NCBI GenBank assembly: GCA_041665145.1
Contig: JBAYJK010000004.1
Coordinates: 66,434 to 130,433 of the forward strand
Length of the DNA stretch: 64,000 bases
DNA from: Patescibacteria group bacterium
GTDB lineage: Bacteria > Patescibacteriota > Microgenomatia > UBA1406
Reading direction: 5' to 3'
Shown here: positions 54,530 to 62,829 of the stretch, one piece after another
Position numbering within the stretch: position 1 is the stretch's first letter
Layout: each line of letters opens with the position of its first letter
The notes under the pieces: generated by a model
Seen by the model: the letters and a program-made list of their open reading frames with translations, nothing else
Database searches by the model: none
What the model was told of the DNA's origin: nothing
Made by a program: the position numbers and the translations under genes

Positions 54530-55564
54530 CTAGCGTTTAACGAGTCCTTGTGAAGTGGTATCCCAGCATTCAGGAACAAGCGTGGTTGAGAAATCGGGAT
54601 ACTGCGTAAGATCAGTGCATTGAATAACACCGTTACCATCCCAGACCAGTTTCCATTCGCTGTTGGTTTTTGCTGCAAACCAAATACCGCCGCCGCTTCC
54701 GTCCGAAACCATGCCTTTTGCCGAGGTGCCGTCTATTTGGGAAACGGTTACCGTAAGATTGCTTCCGTCGCTGTTAAACTTAGTAGCCAGCTGAGCTTTT
54801 ATTGTCGTCTGCAGCAACACTTTCTCGTCAATAGTCGGGCTTGGTGGTGATATTGAAGGAACCGAGGTGAACTTTACGGTACTCAACATTTTTTCATACA
54901 CTTCTAAATCTTCTTCTCTGTCTAAAGTAACTCTCACCAGCATTGTTTTGTTTCCCGGTAACTCAAAGTAGGTAATAGGCAGGGATGTTGACGGACCGGA
55001 ACCCGTTCCTGCCATTGCCTGAACAGTCCAGGTCGTTTCATACCCCGCGACACCTTCGGTAGTTGTTACCTTTTTAAGCGACACCAATTTGCCGTAATTT
55101 TGGATTTCCTGGCTTGCTGCTGTTTTTACATATTCTTCAAAAGTTACATTTGTAGAACTTCCTACTATTTGACCTGCATAAATCGAGATCGAATCGCTTT
55201 TATCCGGGTAACCGGGTTTGTCGGTCGGATTGAACGCTGCTCCGTTTTTGGAATCGGGTGACTCTCTGAACATCCAATTGCTCGGATAATCAATCGAATA
55301 ACCGTACTTTGTATTCGTATACGTTTCCCAAGTAACGGTTTTTTTTAATTCCGAAGTCGGGGAAGGCTCTGTTGTGACTTGTGGAATTTCTGAATTAGGT
55401 ACTAGGTTTTTACTGACCACAAAGCCCATAACAGCACTTATCATCATAAGTGCCACAATCGCCCCGATCATCAATAAAACAAGAGTCCATTTCGGAAACG
55501 ATGACCCGGTATTATTAGAAGGAGAAGTCATCTCTTCAATTTGTGCAGATTTATCTTTATCCAT
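54530..55564 (-). CDS. membrane-anchored extracytoplasmic protein, unknown function
   Basis: TM 'WTLVLLMIGAIVALMMISAVMGFVV' followed by a beta-rich ectodomain. Confidence 0.5.
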   Translation of the reverse strand: MDKDKSAQIEEMTSPSNNTGSSFPKWTLVLLMIGAIVALMMISAVMGFVVSKNLVPNSEIPQVTTEPSPTSELKKTVTWETYTNTKYGYSIDYPSNWMFRESPDSKNGAAFNPTDKPGYPDKSDSISIYAGQIVGSSTNVTFEEYVKTAASQEIQNYGKLVSLKKVTTTEGVAGYETTWTVQAMAGTGSGPSTSLPITYFELPGNKTMLVRVTLDREEDLEVYEKMLSTVKFTSVPSISPPSPTIDEKVLLQTTIKAQLATKFNSDGSNLTVTVSQIDGTSAKGMVSDGSGGGIWFAAKTNSEWKLVWDGNGVIQCTDLTQYPDFSTTLVPECWDTTSQGLVKR

Positions 55565-55595
55565 ATGCCAATCATCTCAGAAAGACAATTCCAAG

Positions 55596-56189
55596 TCAAA
55601 TAAAGGTTGGGGTACTCCGTTCTTTGACGAATCCGATACGTTTGTTTTTCGCAGTCATCATAATAAAATAGTTCAATGCTTTTCGATACATACCGACACC
55701 ATGCCGTTTTCTGCTTTCAATGTAGGCGATCCGAATACGTTTATACGACATGGGCAGCTTCTGAAAATTCTTCCAGGCATCGGGATTTGCTTTTAATGCT
55801 TTCAGAATTCCTTCCGAAATAACAAACGGTTCCTGAACAATTTTCTCGGGATCGTATACATGAGCAAGTGCTTTCAAACCGGCATCAGTCATGAGATGTT
55901 GTTCCATAAGCTCCCGTATTCTCTCTTTGTTCATCTGGGATAGCACACTGGTCGGTTTACGTGGCGAAAACCGTTGGGCAAATTTGGTGTCGTCAATTTT
56001 TTTACATATGCTGTCAATCCATCCGAAACAGAGAGCTTCCAAGACTGAATCGTCATACGATATCCGCGGTTTCCCGGAATCTTTACGATAGTAAATAAGC
56101 CAAATCTCCGATTCCGTGTCGTGGTGTTTCGCAAGCCAGTCATGCCAATCTTTCCGGGTAGTTATGTAGAGCGTTTTGCCAAGCAACAT
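55596..56189 (-). CDS. YdeI/OmpD-associated family protein
   Basis: 'ISYDDSVLEALCFGWIDS'. TACAAT (56201..56196) + 6 nt + ATG. Confidence 0.7.
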   Translation of the reverse strand: MLLGKTLYITTRKDWHDWLAKHHDTESEIWLIYYRKDSGKPRISYDDSVLEALCFGWIDSICKKIDDTKFAQRFSPRKPTSVLSQMNKERIRELMEQHLMTDAGLKALAHVYDPEKIVQEPFVISEGILKALKANPDAWKNFQKLPMSYKRIRIAYIESRKRHGVGMYRKALNYFIMMTAKNKRIGFVKERSTPTFI

Positions 56190-56216
56190 AGAATAATTGT
56201 ATCATCTGTCACTCTA

Positions 56217-56669
56217 TTATGAGGTGTGAAGTAGCCATAGATGCGTCAGGTATATTGTTGTTACAATTGAGACTACGGTAAGACACTGCCAATAGGTTTG
56301 GTATACAAAAAAAATGGCATTACTCTTAAGTAAGCCGTATCCCATCACTTTTTCGCAATACTTGTTGTCTTTCACAAATTGCTGGTTCATCCAATAAATC
56401 GTCTCGCCGAGACTGCGCACAATCCAAAATACTGAAACAATGAGCAGAAACAGTAGCCAATCATTAATATATAGCGAGATGAGGGAAGCAAGAAACCAGA
56501 AAAATCCGATGGTAAGCGCATCTCCCCACACAAATATTCCCATCCAAGACAATAATAATGTTTCTTTATAGGGATTCCTCTTTTTAATGGATTGATAAAT
56601 TCCTAAAACAAAAACCATTAACGATAAAACACTATACAAACCAACTACAATAGTCTGCCATAACTCCAT
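56217..56669 (-). CDS. membrane protein, unknown function
   Basis: About 5 TM helices. Start reassigned from 56729 to ATG 56669 (TATAAT 56681..56676 + 6 nt). Confidence 0.55.
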   Translation of the reverse strand: MELWQTIVVGLYSVLSLMVFVLGIYQSIKKRNPYKETLLLSWMGIFVWGDALTIGFFWFLASLISLYINDWLLFLLIVSVFWIVRSLGETIYWMNQQFVKDNKYCEKVMGYGLLKSNAIFFVYQTYWQCLTVVSIVTTIYLTHLWLLHTS

Positions 56670-56751
56670 ATTTTCATTATACAACGGATATTGGCCTAAA
56701 ATGTGCGCGCGTCGCTTGCATTTCTCCAAAATAGGCGACTATACTGGGCGT

Positions 56752-57138
56752 ATGTCGGTACAAGAAAAGGTTAAAAATATGCTTACATGGGGATTTGTAC
56801 TTTGGGTAACCGGGTACATCGCGGGATTTGTTCTGTTTTTTGTCGTTCCAAAAGACTATATTGGGTGGGTTATTACTCCCTTCGCAATATTATTCACTGT
56901 GTGGGTATTGTTTAAAAAAGTAAAACGGCCGGAACTTATGTGTTATTTTGGTACCGGATTAATTTGGACGCTTATGGCAATGATCCTGGACTATATCTTC
57001 ATTGTTATGCTTTTGAAGACCGGGACTTCGTATTACAAACCGGATGTGTTCCTGTATTACGGGCTCACGTTCCTGCTTCCGATACTCGTCGGGTACTGGA
57101 AATTCAAACATAAACTGCCAAAAGCTAAATTGTTCTAA
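56752..57138 (+). CDS. membrane protein, unknown function
   Basis: 4 TM helices. Start reassigned from 56701 to ATG 56752 (TATACT 56740-56745 + 6 nt). Confidence 0.55.
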   Translation: MSVQEKVKNMLTWGFVLWVTGYIAGFVLFFVVPKDYIGWVITPFAILFTVWVLFKKVKRPELMCYFGTGLIWTLMAMILDYIFIVMLLKTGTSYYKPDVFLYYGLTFLLPILVGYWKFKHKLPKAKLF

Positions 57139-57167
57139 ATAACTGAAACATCAATAATTCTGGAGCC

Positions 57168-57584
57168 CTACAAAACTAGGCCGGGTGATTTCTCAGCTAA
57201 TTTGATAATTATTTTTAAAGTATCCAAATTCAAATCTTCGAGTTTTTTGAAACGGATGCAACTTTTACCTACACTAACTTTCCCTAAATCATTCTTATAT
57301 TGTTCGGCAATATAGCCACCGGTATCAACTGCGCAAAGATACAGGCTTATATAATCTTTTTGACTTGCTATCGCGATGGTTGGCCAATCAAGCATTTCTT
57401 TTTTGTAGTTTTTATACTTAAAACTACCATAGCCGGGCATATTATAGAGAAAGTTCGGTTTAAGACTGGGGGCATTGGTCTTTATAAATTTATCCAAAAA
57501 TTCCAGTATCTTTCTCCGTTCTTCGGGAAGAGCATCAAAATATTCCTGACTCGACTTTGCTTTGACAGGTTTAAACATATTCAT
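57168..57584 (-). CDS. DUF1801 (YdhG-like) protein
   Basis: 138 aa. 'YISLYLCAV...GKSCIRFKKLEDLNLD'. Extended -10 TGaTATAAT (57596..57591) + 6 nt + ATG. Confidence 0.6.
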   Translation of the reverse strand: MNMFKPVKAKSSQEYFDALPEERRKILEFLDKFIKTNAPSLKPNFLYNMPGYGSFKYKNYKKEMLDWPTIAIASQKDYISLYLCAVDTGGYIAEQYKNDLGKVSVGKSCIRFKKLEDLNLDTLKIIIKLAEKSPGLVL

Positions 57585-57619
57585 AATCTGATTATATCAA
57601 GAGGCGCTTGCTGGTATTT

Positions 57620-58186
57620 TTATTCACCTAGTAGTTTCATTACTTGCTTGACTCGGGTTTCCGGTGTTCCGGAAACAACAAAGAAGTTTTTGGTACATGA
57701 GGACCCGAATTCACCGTAGTGTTTCTCTACTGCGTTGCGAAAGTTGTGATTAATAGGTCGGAAACCGTCATCTTCCAATTCCAAAACATTAGGGCAATAG
57801 ATAATGAAGTCATACGCTTTGGCTTCTTTTTTATTCAGTTCTTTCCAATAAGAGAGAGTCTTTTTGTCGTAACTATGGTTAAGATCTGGCCGCAGCTGTG
57901 AGTAACAGGCGAGGTGTGTAAATTGACTGAAAGCTGAATCTACGATGATTATTTCCGTGGATGCTTTCTCCACTTTTTCTTTTTGGTATTCATAGAATAT
58001 TTCCTGCAGTTGGAGAAATTCCGCAGGATCAAGGTGCCCTGTAGATTCTTTTTTCAGTTTCTTTCTCGTGATATCCCGGACATTCTCATCGATCTCCCAT
58101 GCCTTTTTGCCCATAAGTTTGCAAAGATCACGTGTCAGCGTGGTTTTGCCGGTACTGAATGTGCCGATTATTGCTACCTTTTTCAT
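57620..58186 (-). CDS. P-loop ATPase/kinase (AAA_28, NadR-kinase-like)
   Basis: Walker A 'GTFSTGKTT', 'IIVDS', 'LEDDGFR'. Extended -10 TGaTATAAT lies 7 nt upstream of the ATG. Confidence 0.55.
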   Translation of the reverse strand: MKKVAIIGTFSTGKTTLTRDLCKLMGKKAWEIDENVRDITRKKLKKESTGHLDPAEFLQLQEIFYEYQKEKVEKASTEIIIVDSAFSQFTHLACYSQLRPDLNHSYDKKTLSYWKELNKKEAKAYDFIIYCPNVLELEDDGFRPINHNFRNAVEKHYGEFGSSCTKNFFVVSGTPETRVKQVMKLLGE

Positions 58187-58261
58187 GTTCTAAATTATAT
58201 CAAAGAGTTTGAACATCCAGGACAGGGTATGAGAAAATTGAGACTAGAGTGATGAAGTTGC

Positions 58262-59341
58262 TCAGTTGGCTAGTTTTCTCTTTTTAAGTTTAACCACGCC
58301 AATCACCAAAATAAGTAAAACCACGCTTCCCCCGATGAAGTAAAACATTTTGTAATTTAGATTATTGTCTCTGGACGATTTTTGCCCAGTCGGAACACCG
58401 ATTGTTTGCCAACTTTTTTCTTCTACTGAAGTATCGAATGTCGTTTTTTCCGATAAACCGTTAACGGTGGCTGTCACTGACTCTCCTGACGCGACATCAA
58501 CACCGGTACCTGTAGCAAGACTTTCAAAATTAACCACACCCTCAATCACTTTAATCGTCGACTCCGATCCTGTCTCGGTCATGACAAACACTGTGCCTTT
58601 GATTCCGGCGACAGCCTGACTCATATGGCCTTCCATAGTCCCGTCTTTTATCATCTTTTTAACATTAACCCAAATATTCCCCGTTATAAGTTTCCACTTG
58701 GAATCTTTTTCAGGGGGAGTGTCTATGACTATTTCAGATTCCGCTTTCAGCTCAAATGTAGTCATATCGGAAAGTGAAATAACCGCTTTGCTGTCTTCCC
58801 CGGTTTTGATATGACAATCCACATAAATTACTCTACCCATCTTCATCACGTCCCAAGCTTCCAAGTCAGGAGGACAGGCAATTTCTACTTGGCCGCTTAA
58901 ATCGCTGACTCGAGCCCCACTGTCACGAGTCTCTGCATTTTCAGTCCATGCGTCAAAAATGGAAGGATCGGTAACGGTGAGCTCCATTGTTATTCCTTGC
59001 GTAGAAAACGTAAAGATTTTACCATCAGTCAGTTGGAACGTCAGCTTACTTCCCGAATCAGATGCAAATACAGCCTCTCCATGAGGTCCTCCCGTAAATG
59101 TTCCTTTCAGAAATAGTCCTTCACAATGTTCTCCGCCGGCTGTATCCACTGTAGTCATATCGCATACGGTGGTCAGCTCGGCATCTCCTCCAGTGTTTAC
59201 AAAATAAAGCGTACCTGTTCCACTAAACGAACCCTGGAAGGTAAATGTTCCCGTTGCTTCACCTTTGATCGACTCAAAAGCATACGCAGGAGAGGCAAAA
59301 ACGAAGAAGAACAGGAGCAATAGAAACGTTATCTTGCTCAT
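58262..59341 (-). CDS. secreted FecR-domain-like protein with C-terminal TM anchor
   Basis: Signal peptide. 'AVAGIKGTVFVM...IKVIEGVVNF'. C-terminal TM 'FYFIGGSVVLLILVIGVV' followed by KLKKRK. Confidence 0.55.
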   Translation of the reverse strand: MSKITFLLLLFFFVFASPAYAFESIKGEATGTFTFQGSFSGTGTLYFVNTGGDAELTTVCDMTTVDTAGGEHCEGLFLKGTFTGGPHGEAVFASDSGSKLTFQLTDGKIFTFSTQGITMELTVTDPSIFDAWTENAETRDSGARVSDLSGQVEIACPPDLEAWDVMKMGRVIYVDCHIKTGEDSKAVISLSDMTTFELKAESEIVIDTPPEKDSKWKLITGNIWVNVKKMIKDGTMEGHMSQAVAGIKGTVFVMTETGSESTIKVIEGVVNFESLATGTGVDVASGESVTATVNGLSEKTTFDTSVEEKSWQTIGVPTGQKSSRDNNLNYKMFYFIGGSVVLLILVIGVVKLKKRKLAN

Positions 59342-59418
59342 AGTTAAGAATATTATACATTCAGAGAAGGAAATTAGTAGAAATTGAAGTTCTTCTTGCT
59401 TCCGATTGAAACTTTCTT

Positions 59419-59457
59419 TGCTCCCACTAGTAGACTTGTCCCGGAAGAGAGAAGTTA
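59419..59457 (+). repeat. intergenic repeat copy 1 (diverged core)
   Basis: TGCTCCCAC-N16-GAAGAGAGAAGTT. Confidence 0.6.
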
Positions 59458-59493
59458 AGTTAGACAGATTTGATTTTGATAAAATCGAAATAG

Positions 59494-60315
59494 ATGAAAG
59501 TACTTTTACTTGCAGATTTGCACGTTGGTGAGTCGAGGGAATCCACTACTCACCTTGGAATAATTCGACAGGCAAATTCAGATTCATTAAATTCCTTAGA
59601 GAAGTTAATTCCTCTATTTAATACTAAGAATTATGATGCAATTTTTCAAATGGGTGACTATATAAGAGAGGTAAAGGATCACGAAAAAAATCTTATTACG
59701 TTTGCAAACTACGCTTCAGTTATCGCAAAATTAACCCCATCAGTAATTAACATTCTTGGAAATCACGATCTACTAGCTTTTCCCTTAGAAGAGACGAGTC
59801 AATTATTTCTAAAAAGGAACTTGATCACTAATTTCTTTGGTGTAAAAAAGTATGATTCGTTTCAGATTGTTTGGCTTGATTTTGAAAGAAACCAAGGCAA
59901 TGAGACAATTCTTTCGTCGGAACGATTAAATTGGCTGGAAAAAGAAATTGACGCTAAAATTCCGACAATTATTTTTACTCATTATTCAGTCATTCCACAG
60001 CAAACAACAGGAAACTTTCTCTTTGAGGAAAACCCGTCTGGAGCAACATATTCAAATAGCAAAGAAATTCTTAGAGCATTCTCTAAATTAAATACAAAGT
60101 TGGTGATTAGCGCACACAGTCACTGGATTGGTGTACAAGAAGTAAATAGCACACACTTTGCATCAGTCCCTTCATTCAGTGAGCATTTATTAATTTCAGA
60201 GGATGTTGAGAAGTGCCCTTCGGTATACTCCGAACTCTATTTAGAAAATTCCTCAATAATACTCAAATCATGGAGCGGGGAATTCTGCCTGTTTAATTTC
60301 GAACTTAAACTTTAA
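59494..60315 (+). CDS. calcineurin-like metallophosphoesterase
   Basis: 'LLADLHVG', 'QMGDYI', 'LGNHD', 'FTHY', 'SAHSHW'. Extended -10 TGaTAAAAT lies 8 nt upstream of the ATG. Confidence 0.8.
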   Translation: MKVLLLADLHVGESRESTTHLGIIRQANSDSLNSLEKLIPLFNTKNYDAIFQMGDYIREVKDHEKNLITFANYASVIAKLTPSVINILGNHDLLAFPLEETSQLFLKRNLITNFFGVKKYDSFQIVWLDFERNQGNETILSSERLNWLEKEIDAKIPTIIFTHYSVIPQQTTGNFLFEENPSGATYSNSKEILRAFSKLNTKLVISAHSHWIGVQEVNSTHFASVPSFSEHLLISEDVEKCPSVYSELYLENSSIILKSWSGEFCLFNFELKL

Positions 60316-60440
60316 TTTCATACGCCTTATAAAAGTACGAAATATCTGCTTCGGCCTTTAAGTCTTTTCGTGGAAAAACGTTTTCTAAATCTAATAGATT
60401 ATTTGCTCTAAGTACATTCCTCAAAAATCCCTCAACTAAA

Positions 60441-60767
60441 TCATTTTTTTACTTGTCCGTATTTATCAACACAATAACCTAACGCCGAACCTAAAATTAA
60501 AGTCATGATACTAATAGGAATCAGAGCCAGCGGTTCTTTCCAACCAATAAGTATTGCTGTAGGAAGTAACATAAGGAACGAAACTATTATTCCTTTTACA
60601 ATACCTGTAACTTTAAGACTAGTGTGAGCAATAAAAAAACCTGAGACAACCCAGAGAGAGAAAGCTGACAAATTAGCATCCCACGTTAGGTTTTGAAGCA
60701 TCATCGGGATTACGTCAATTATCCCTGCAAGGACTCCAAGCATAATCCCGAGTTTAGTTTTCGTCAT
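60441..60767 (-). CDS. small membrane protein
   Basis: 4 TM helices. TAAAAT (60779..60774) + 6 nt + ATG. Confidence 0.55.
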   Translation of the reverse strand: MTKTKLGIMLGVLAGIIDVIPMMLQNLTWDANLSAFSLWVVSGFFIAHTSLKVTGIVKGIIVSFLMLLPTAILIGWKEPLALIPISIMTLILGSALGYCVDKYGQVKK

Positions 60768-60816
60768 GGGAAGATTTTAAGCTATTTCTGAAGAAATTCA
60801 TAGAAATCCGTAGAAA

Positions 60817-60862
60817 TGCTCCCGCATTGGGACAGTACTTGAATAGAGAAGTGGCTAAAACA
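60817..60862 (+). repeat. intergenic repeat copy 2
   Basis: TGCTCCCGCATTGGGACAGTACTTGAATAGAGAAGTGGCTAAAACA. Matches copy 3 at 38/46 positions without gaps. Confidence 0.8.
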
Positions 60863-60864
60863 AT

Positions 60865-61422
60865 TTATTTAACTAACAAACTTTCCAGTCTAGAAAAAGC
60901 CAACCTATTTCTTAAATGAAATGAAAGCGCTTCCTCAAAAGAGCCCCATCTCTCTCCAAGAAATGTCATATCGAACGATCTAGATGGTCCGCTCAAATCT
61001 TCGGTCATACGGGGAAAAGCAAATAATTTAAATGGAGCATATGGTGAGTTAAAAATCGGAGCTGATCCTTTAGGAAACTCTCTTGATATGGTAAAACGTT
61101 CATCTCGTAATAATTGCTCATAAACTTGTTGAACGAATTTAAAACGAACATGTTTGTCTTTAGGACAAAAAAGTAAATCTATATCACCATATAGCGCTTT
61201 CAAATCTGCACTTGAGCCAACAGCAAGAACATGAAGAGCAGTGCTCATTGCGGTTGCAACTGATTGTGCATGTTGGAGAATAATTGCTAGACACAGTCTG
61301 TCTACTGAATCCAACCGCTCTAAGTAGTCTGGCTCTCTTACTTCTCCGGTTATATGGTAAGGCTTGTCGCTCTTTCCAAGTAAGAGTCTGGGGTCTTCGA
61401 CTTGTGTCATGAGTGCTATCAT
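60865..61422 (-). CDS. minimal Pol-beta-superfamily nucleotidyltransferase
   Basis: 'LAVGSSADLKALYGDIDLLF' (the GS...D.D motif). An alternative start is ATG 61410. Confidence 0.6.
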   Translation of the reverse strand: MIALMTQVEDPRLLLGKSDKPYHITGEVREPDYLERLDSVDRLCLAIILQHAQSVATAMSTALHVLAVGSSADLKALYGDIDLLFCPKDKHVRFKFVQQVYEQLLRDERFTISREFPKGSAPIFNSPYAPFKLFAFPRMTEDLSGPSRSFDMTFLGERWGSFEEALSFHLRNRLAFSRLESLLVK

Positions 61423-61461
61423 TATAGCATGAGGAGGGTACTAATACTCTAAACAGAAGTT

Positions 61462-61507
61462 TGCTCCCACAGTGGAATAGTGCTCGAATAGAGAAGTGGA
61501 TAAAAAG
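61462..61507 (+). repeat. intergenic repeat copy 3
   Basis: TGCTCCCACAGTGGAATAGTGCTCGAATAGAGAAGTGGATAAAAAG. Confidence 0.8.
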
Positions 61508-61512
61508 TTTTC

Positions 61513-61983
61513 TTACTCCCAAAGTTTTTCTGAATACTTGGGATACCTTAGTATAACTTCAATCTGTTTCTGTATTTCCTGAATGTCACCCTCATTTAAG
61601 GGAATAAAGTTATCATAAAATCCAGTCCCTCTGTCTGGAAGATATACGGATTCGGGAAAAGGTTGGTGAGGCGCTCCTAAAACACGGCCGAATATATGGT
61701 AATGCAGAAACGGTTTTTTTCCCTCTTTGTATGACCAGTTTCCCATATCCTGGTAATTTACCTTAACCACCTTAACTCCTTGAACATTCATTGCTTTTTC
61801 TAAAGCTTCTCCGGCAACCATAGATATTCTCATAAATTCTTTCGCAACAGCAGGGGAGAGCATTGTTCTATCGAGAACAGATACGTCTTTAACCCGAATT
61901 CTAATATGTCCACCTTCTTCTCGAGGAACAAATGGTCTTTCTTGTGATTCAACTATAAAATTGGGTGTTTCGTAGATAAACAT
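61513..61983 (-). CDS. HIT-like fold protein with variant histidine triad (H-Y-H-I-F)
   Basis: 'TPNFIVES...GGHIRIRVKD' and 'PFLHYHIFGR'. The third His of HxHxH is replaced by Phe. Confidence 0.55.
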   Translation of the reverse strand: MFIYETPNFIVESQERPFVPREEGGHIRIRVKDVSVLDRTMLSPAVAKEFMRISMVAGEALEKAMNVQGVKVVKVNYQDMGNWSYKEGKKPFLHYHIFGRVLGAPHQPFPESVYLPDRGTGFYDNFIPLNEGDIQEIQKQIEVILRYPKYSEKLWE

Positions 61984-62150
61984 TGAGTTTCAGTATAACA
62001 AAAGAATGTGCCTAATTATATAAGGTCACGCGAGCCCAAGCAATAGGGCATATTCAGACGAACTGACTGGGCAAGTTACCTGAAATGTCCAAGACTAACA
62101 AATAAAGAAGCAAAACGTTTTCTTGGGCTTAATCAAGTTTTCTCACTTTT

Positions 62151-62588
62151 TTAACTAACTTTCCTAACGCATACTGGTTCGTCCATGCCTTCTACTTGTA
62201 ATTGAAATCCGTCAATACCATCAACAATAGTTGCCTGGGGTCTATAGGCATAATAATAAGAGTGTTTAGCTTCACTTTGTTCCCACACTTGACCATTATT
62301 AAACTTAAATATTGCTCCCTGTTTAAAACCTCTAAAATCCGAAACTATTGAACCCTCAACAACAATGCTAACTTGCGTAACTTCGACTGGCTCGTCTACA
62401 CCCTCTACCTCCATTAAATAAGAGCCTAAACTACCTGCATATATCCGTACACGAGGACAATAGGCATAATGATATTTGTACTTATATTTACTTTGTTGCC
62501 ACACCTGCCCGTTGGCTAACTTGAAAATAACCCCATCATTATAACCAGCAAACTCACCATCTATTTGACTAATAATTTGTTGTGTCAT
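62151..62588 (-). CDS. hypothetical protein made of two tandem ~67-aa repeats
   Basis: The two halves align at about half of their positions: 'F.G...G.IFK..NGQVW.QS......Y.YAY.P...I.....L.VEG.DEPV.V..VS'. Confidence 0.6.
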   Translation of the reverse strand: MTQQIISQIDGEFAGYNDGVIFKLANGQVWQQSKYKYKYHYAYCPRVRIYAGSLGSYLMEVEGVDEPVEVTQVSIVVEGSIVSDFRGFKQGAIFKFNNGQVWEQSEAKHSYYYAYRPQATIVDGIDGFQLQVEGMDEPVCVRKVS

Positions 62589-62589
62589 T

Positions 62590-62829
62590 TTAATTTTCTC
62601 TGTCCTTCGGCGGATTGGGATCGCGCCTATTTATGGTATCTTTGCTACGGATTTGGCCATGTTGATCTTGGGTAACCAATTCTCCACCACTGTTGTTTTT
62701 CATAATATTTCGAGCAAAATCTTCAGCTTGCCGCTGAGTATCAAAAACACCCGCTGCTTTTGAAGCTCCTTCTCTCTTTGCTTTCCAGTCATTTCCCGTT
62801 GGGGAAACCCAGTAATTATTTTTTACCAT
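62590..62829 (-). CDS. DUF2188-like small protein
   Basis: 79 aa. 'WKAKREGASKAAGVFDTQRQAEDFARNIMKNNSGGELVTQDQHGQIRSKDT'. Confidence 0.6.
   Translation of the reverse strand: MVKNNYWVSPTGNDWKAKREGASKAAGVFDTQRQAEDFARNIMKNNSGGELVTQDQHGQIRSKDTINRRDPNPPKDREN

Noticed and set aside
59342-61512. The idea that the three ~46-nt repeats are integron attC sites flanking gene cassettes
   Set aside because: No integron integrase is in the window. The repeats lack the inverted R''/R' core sites (RYYYAAC...GTTRRRY) and extended imperfect palindromy of attC. The flanking genes have their own -10 boxes.
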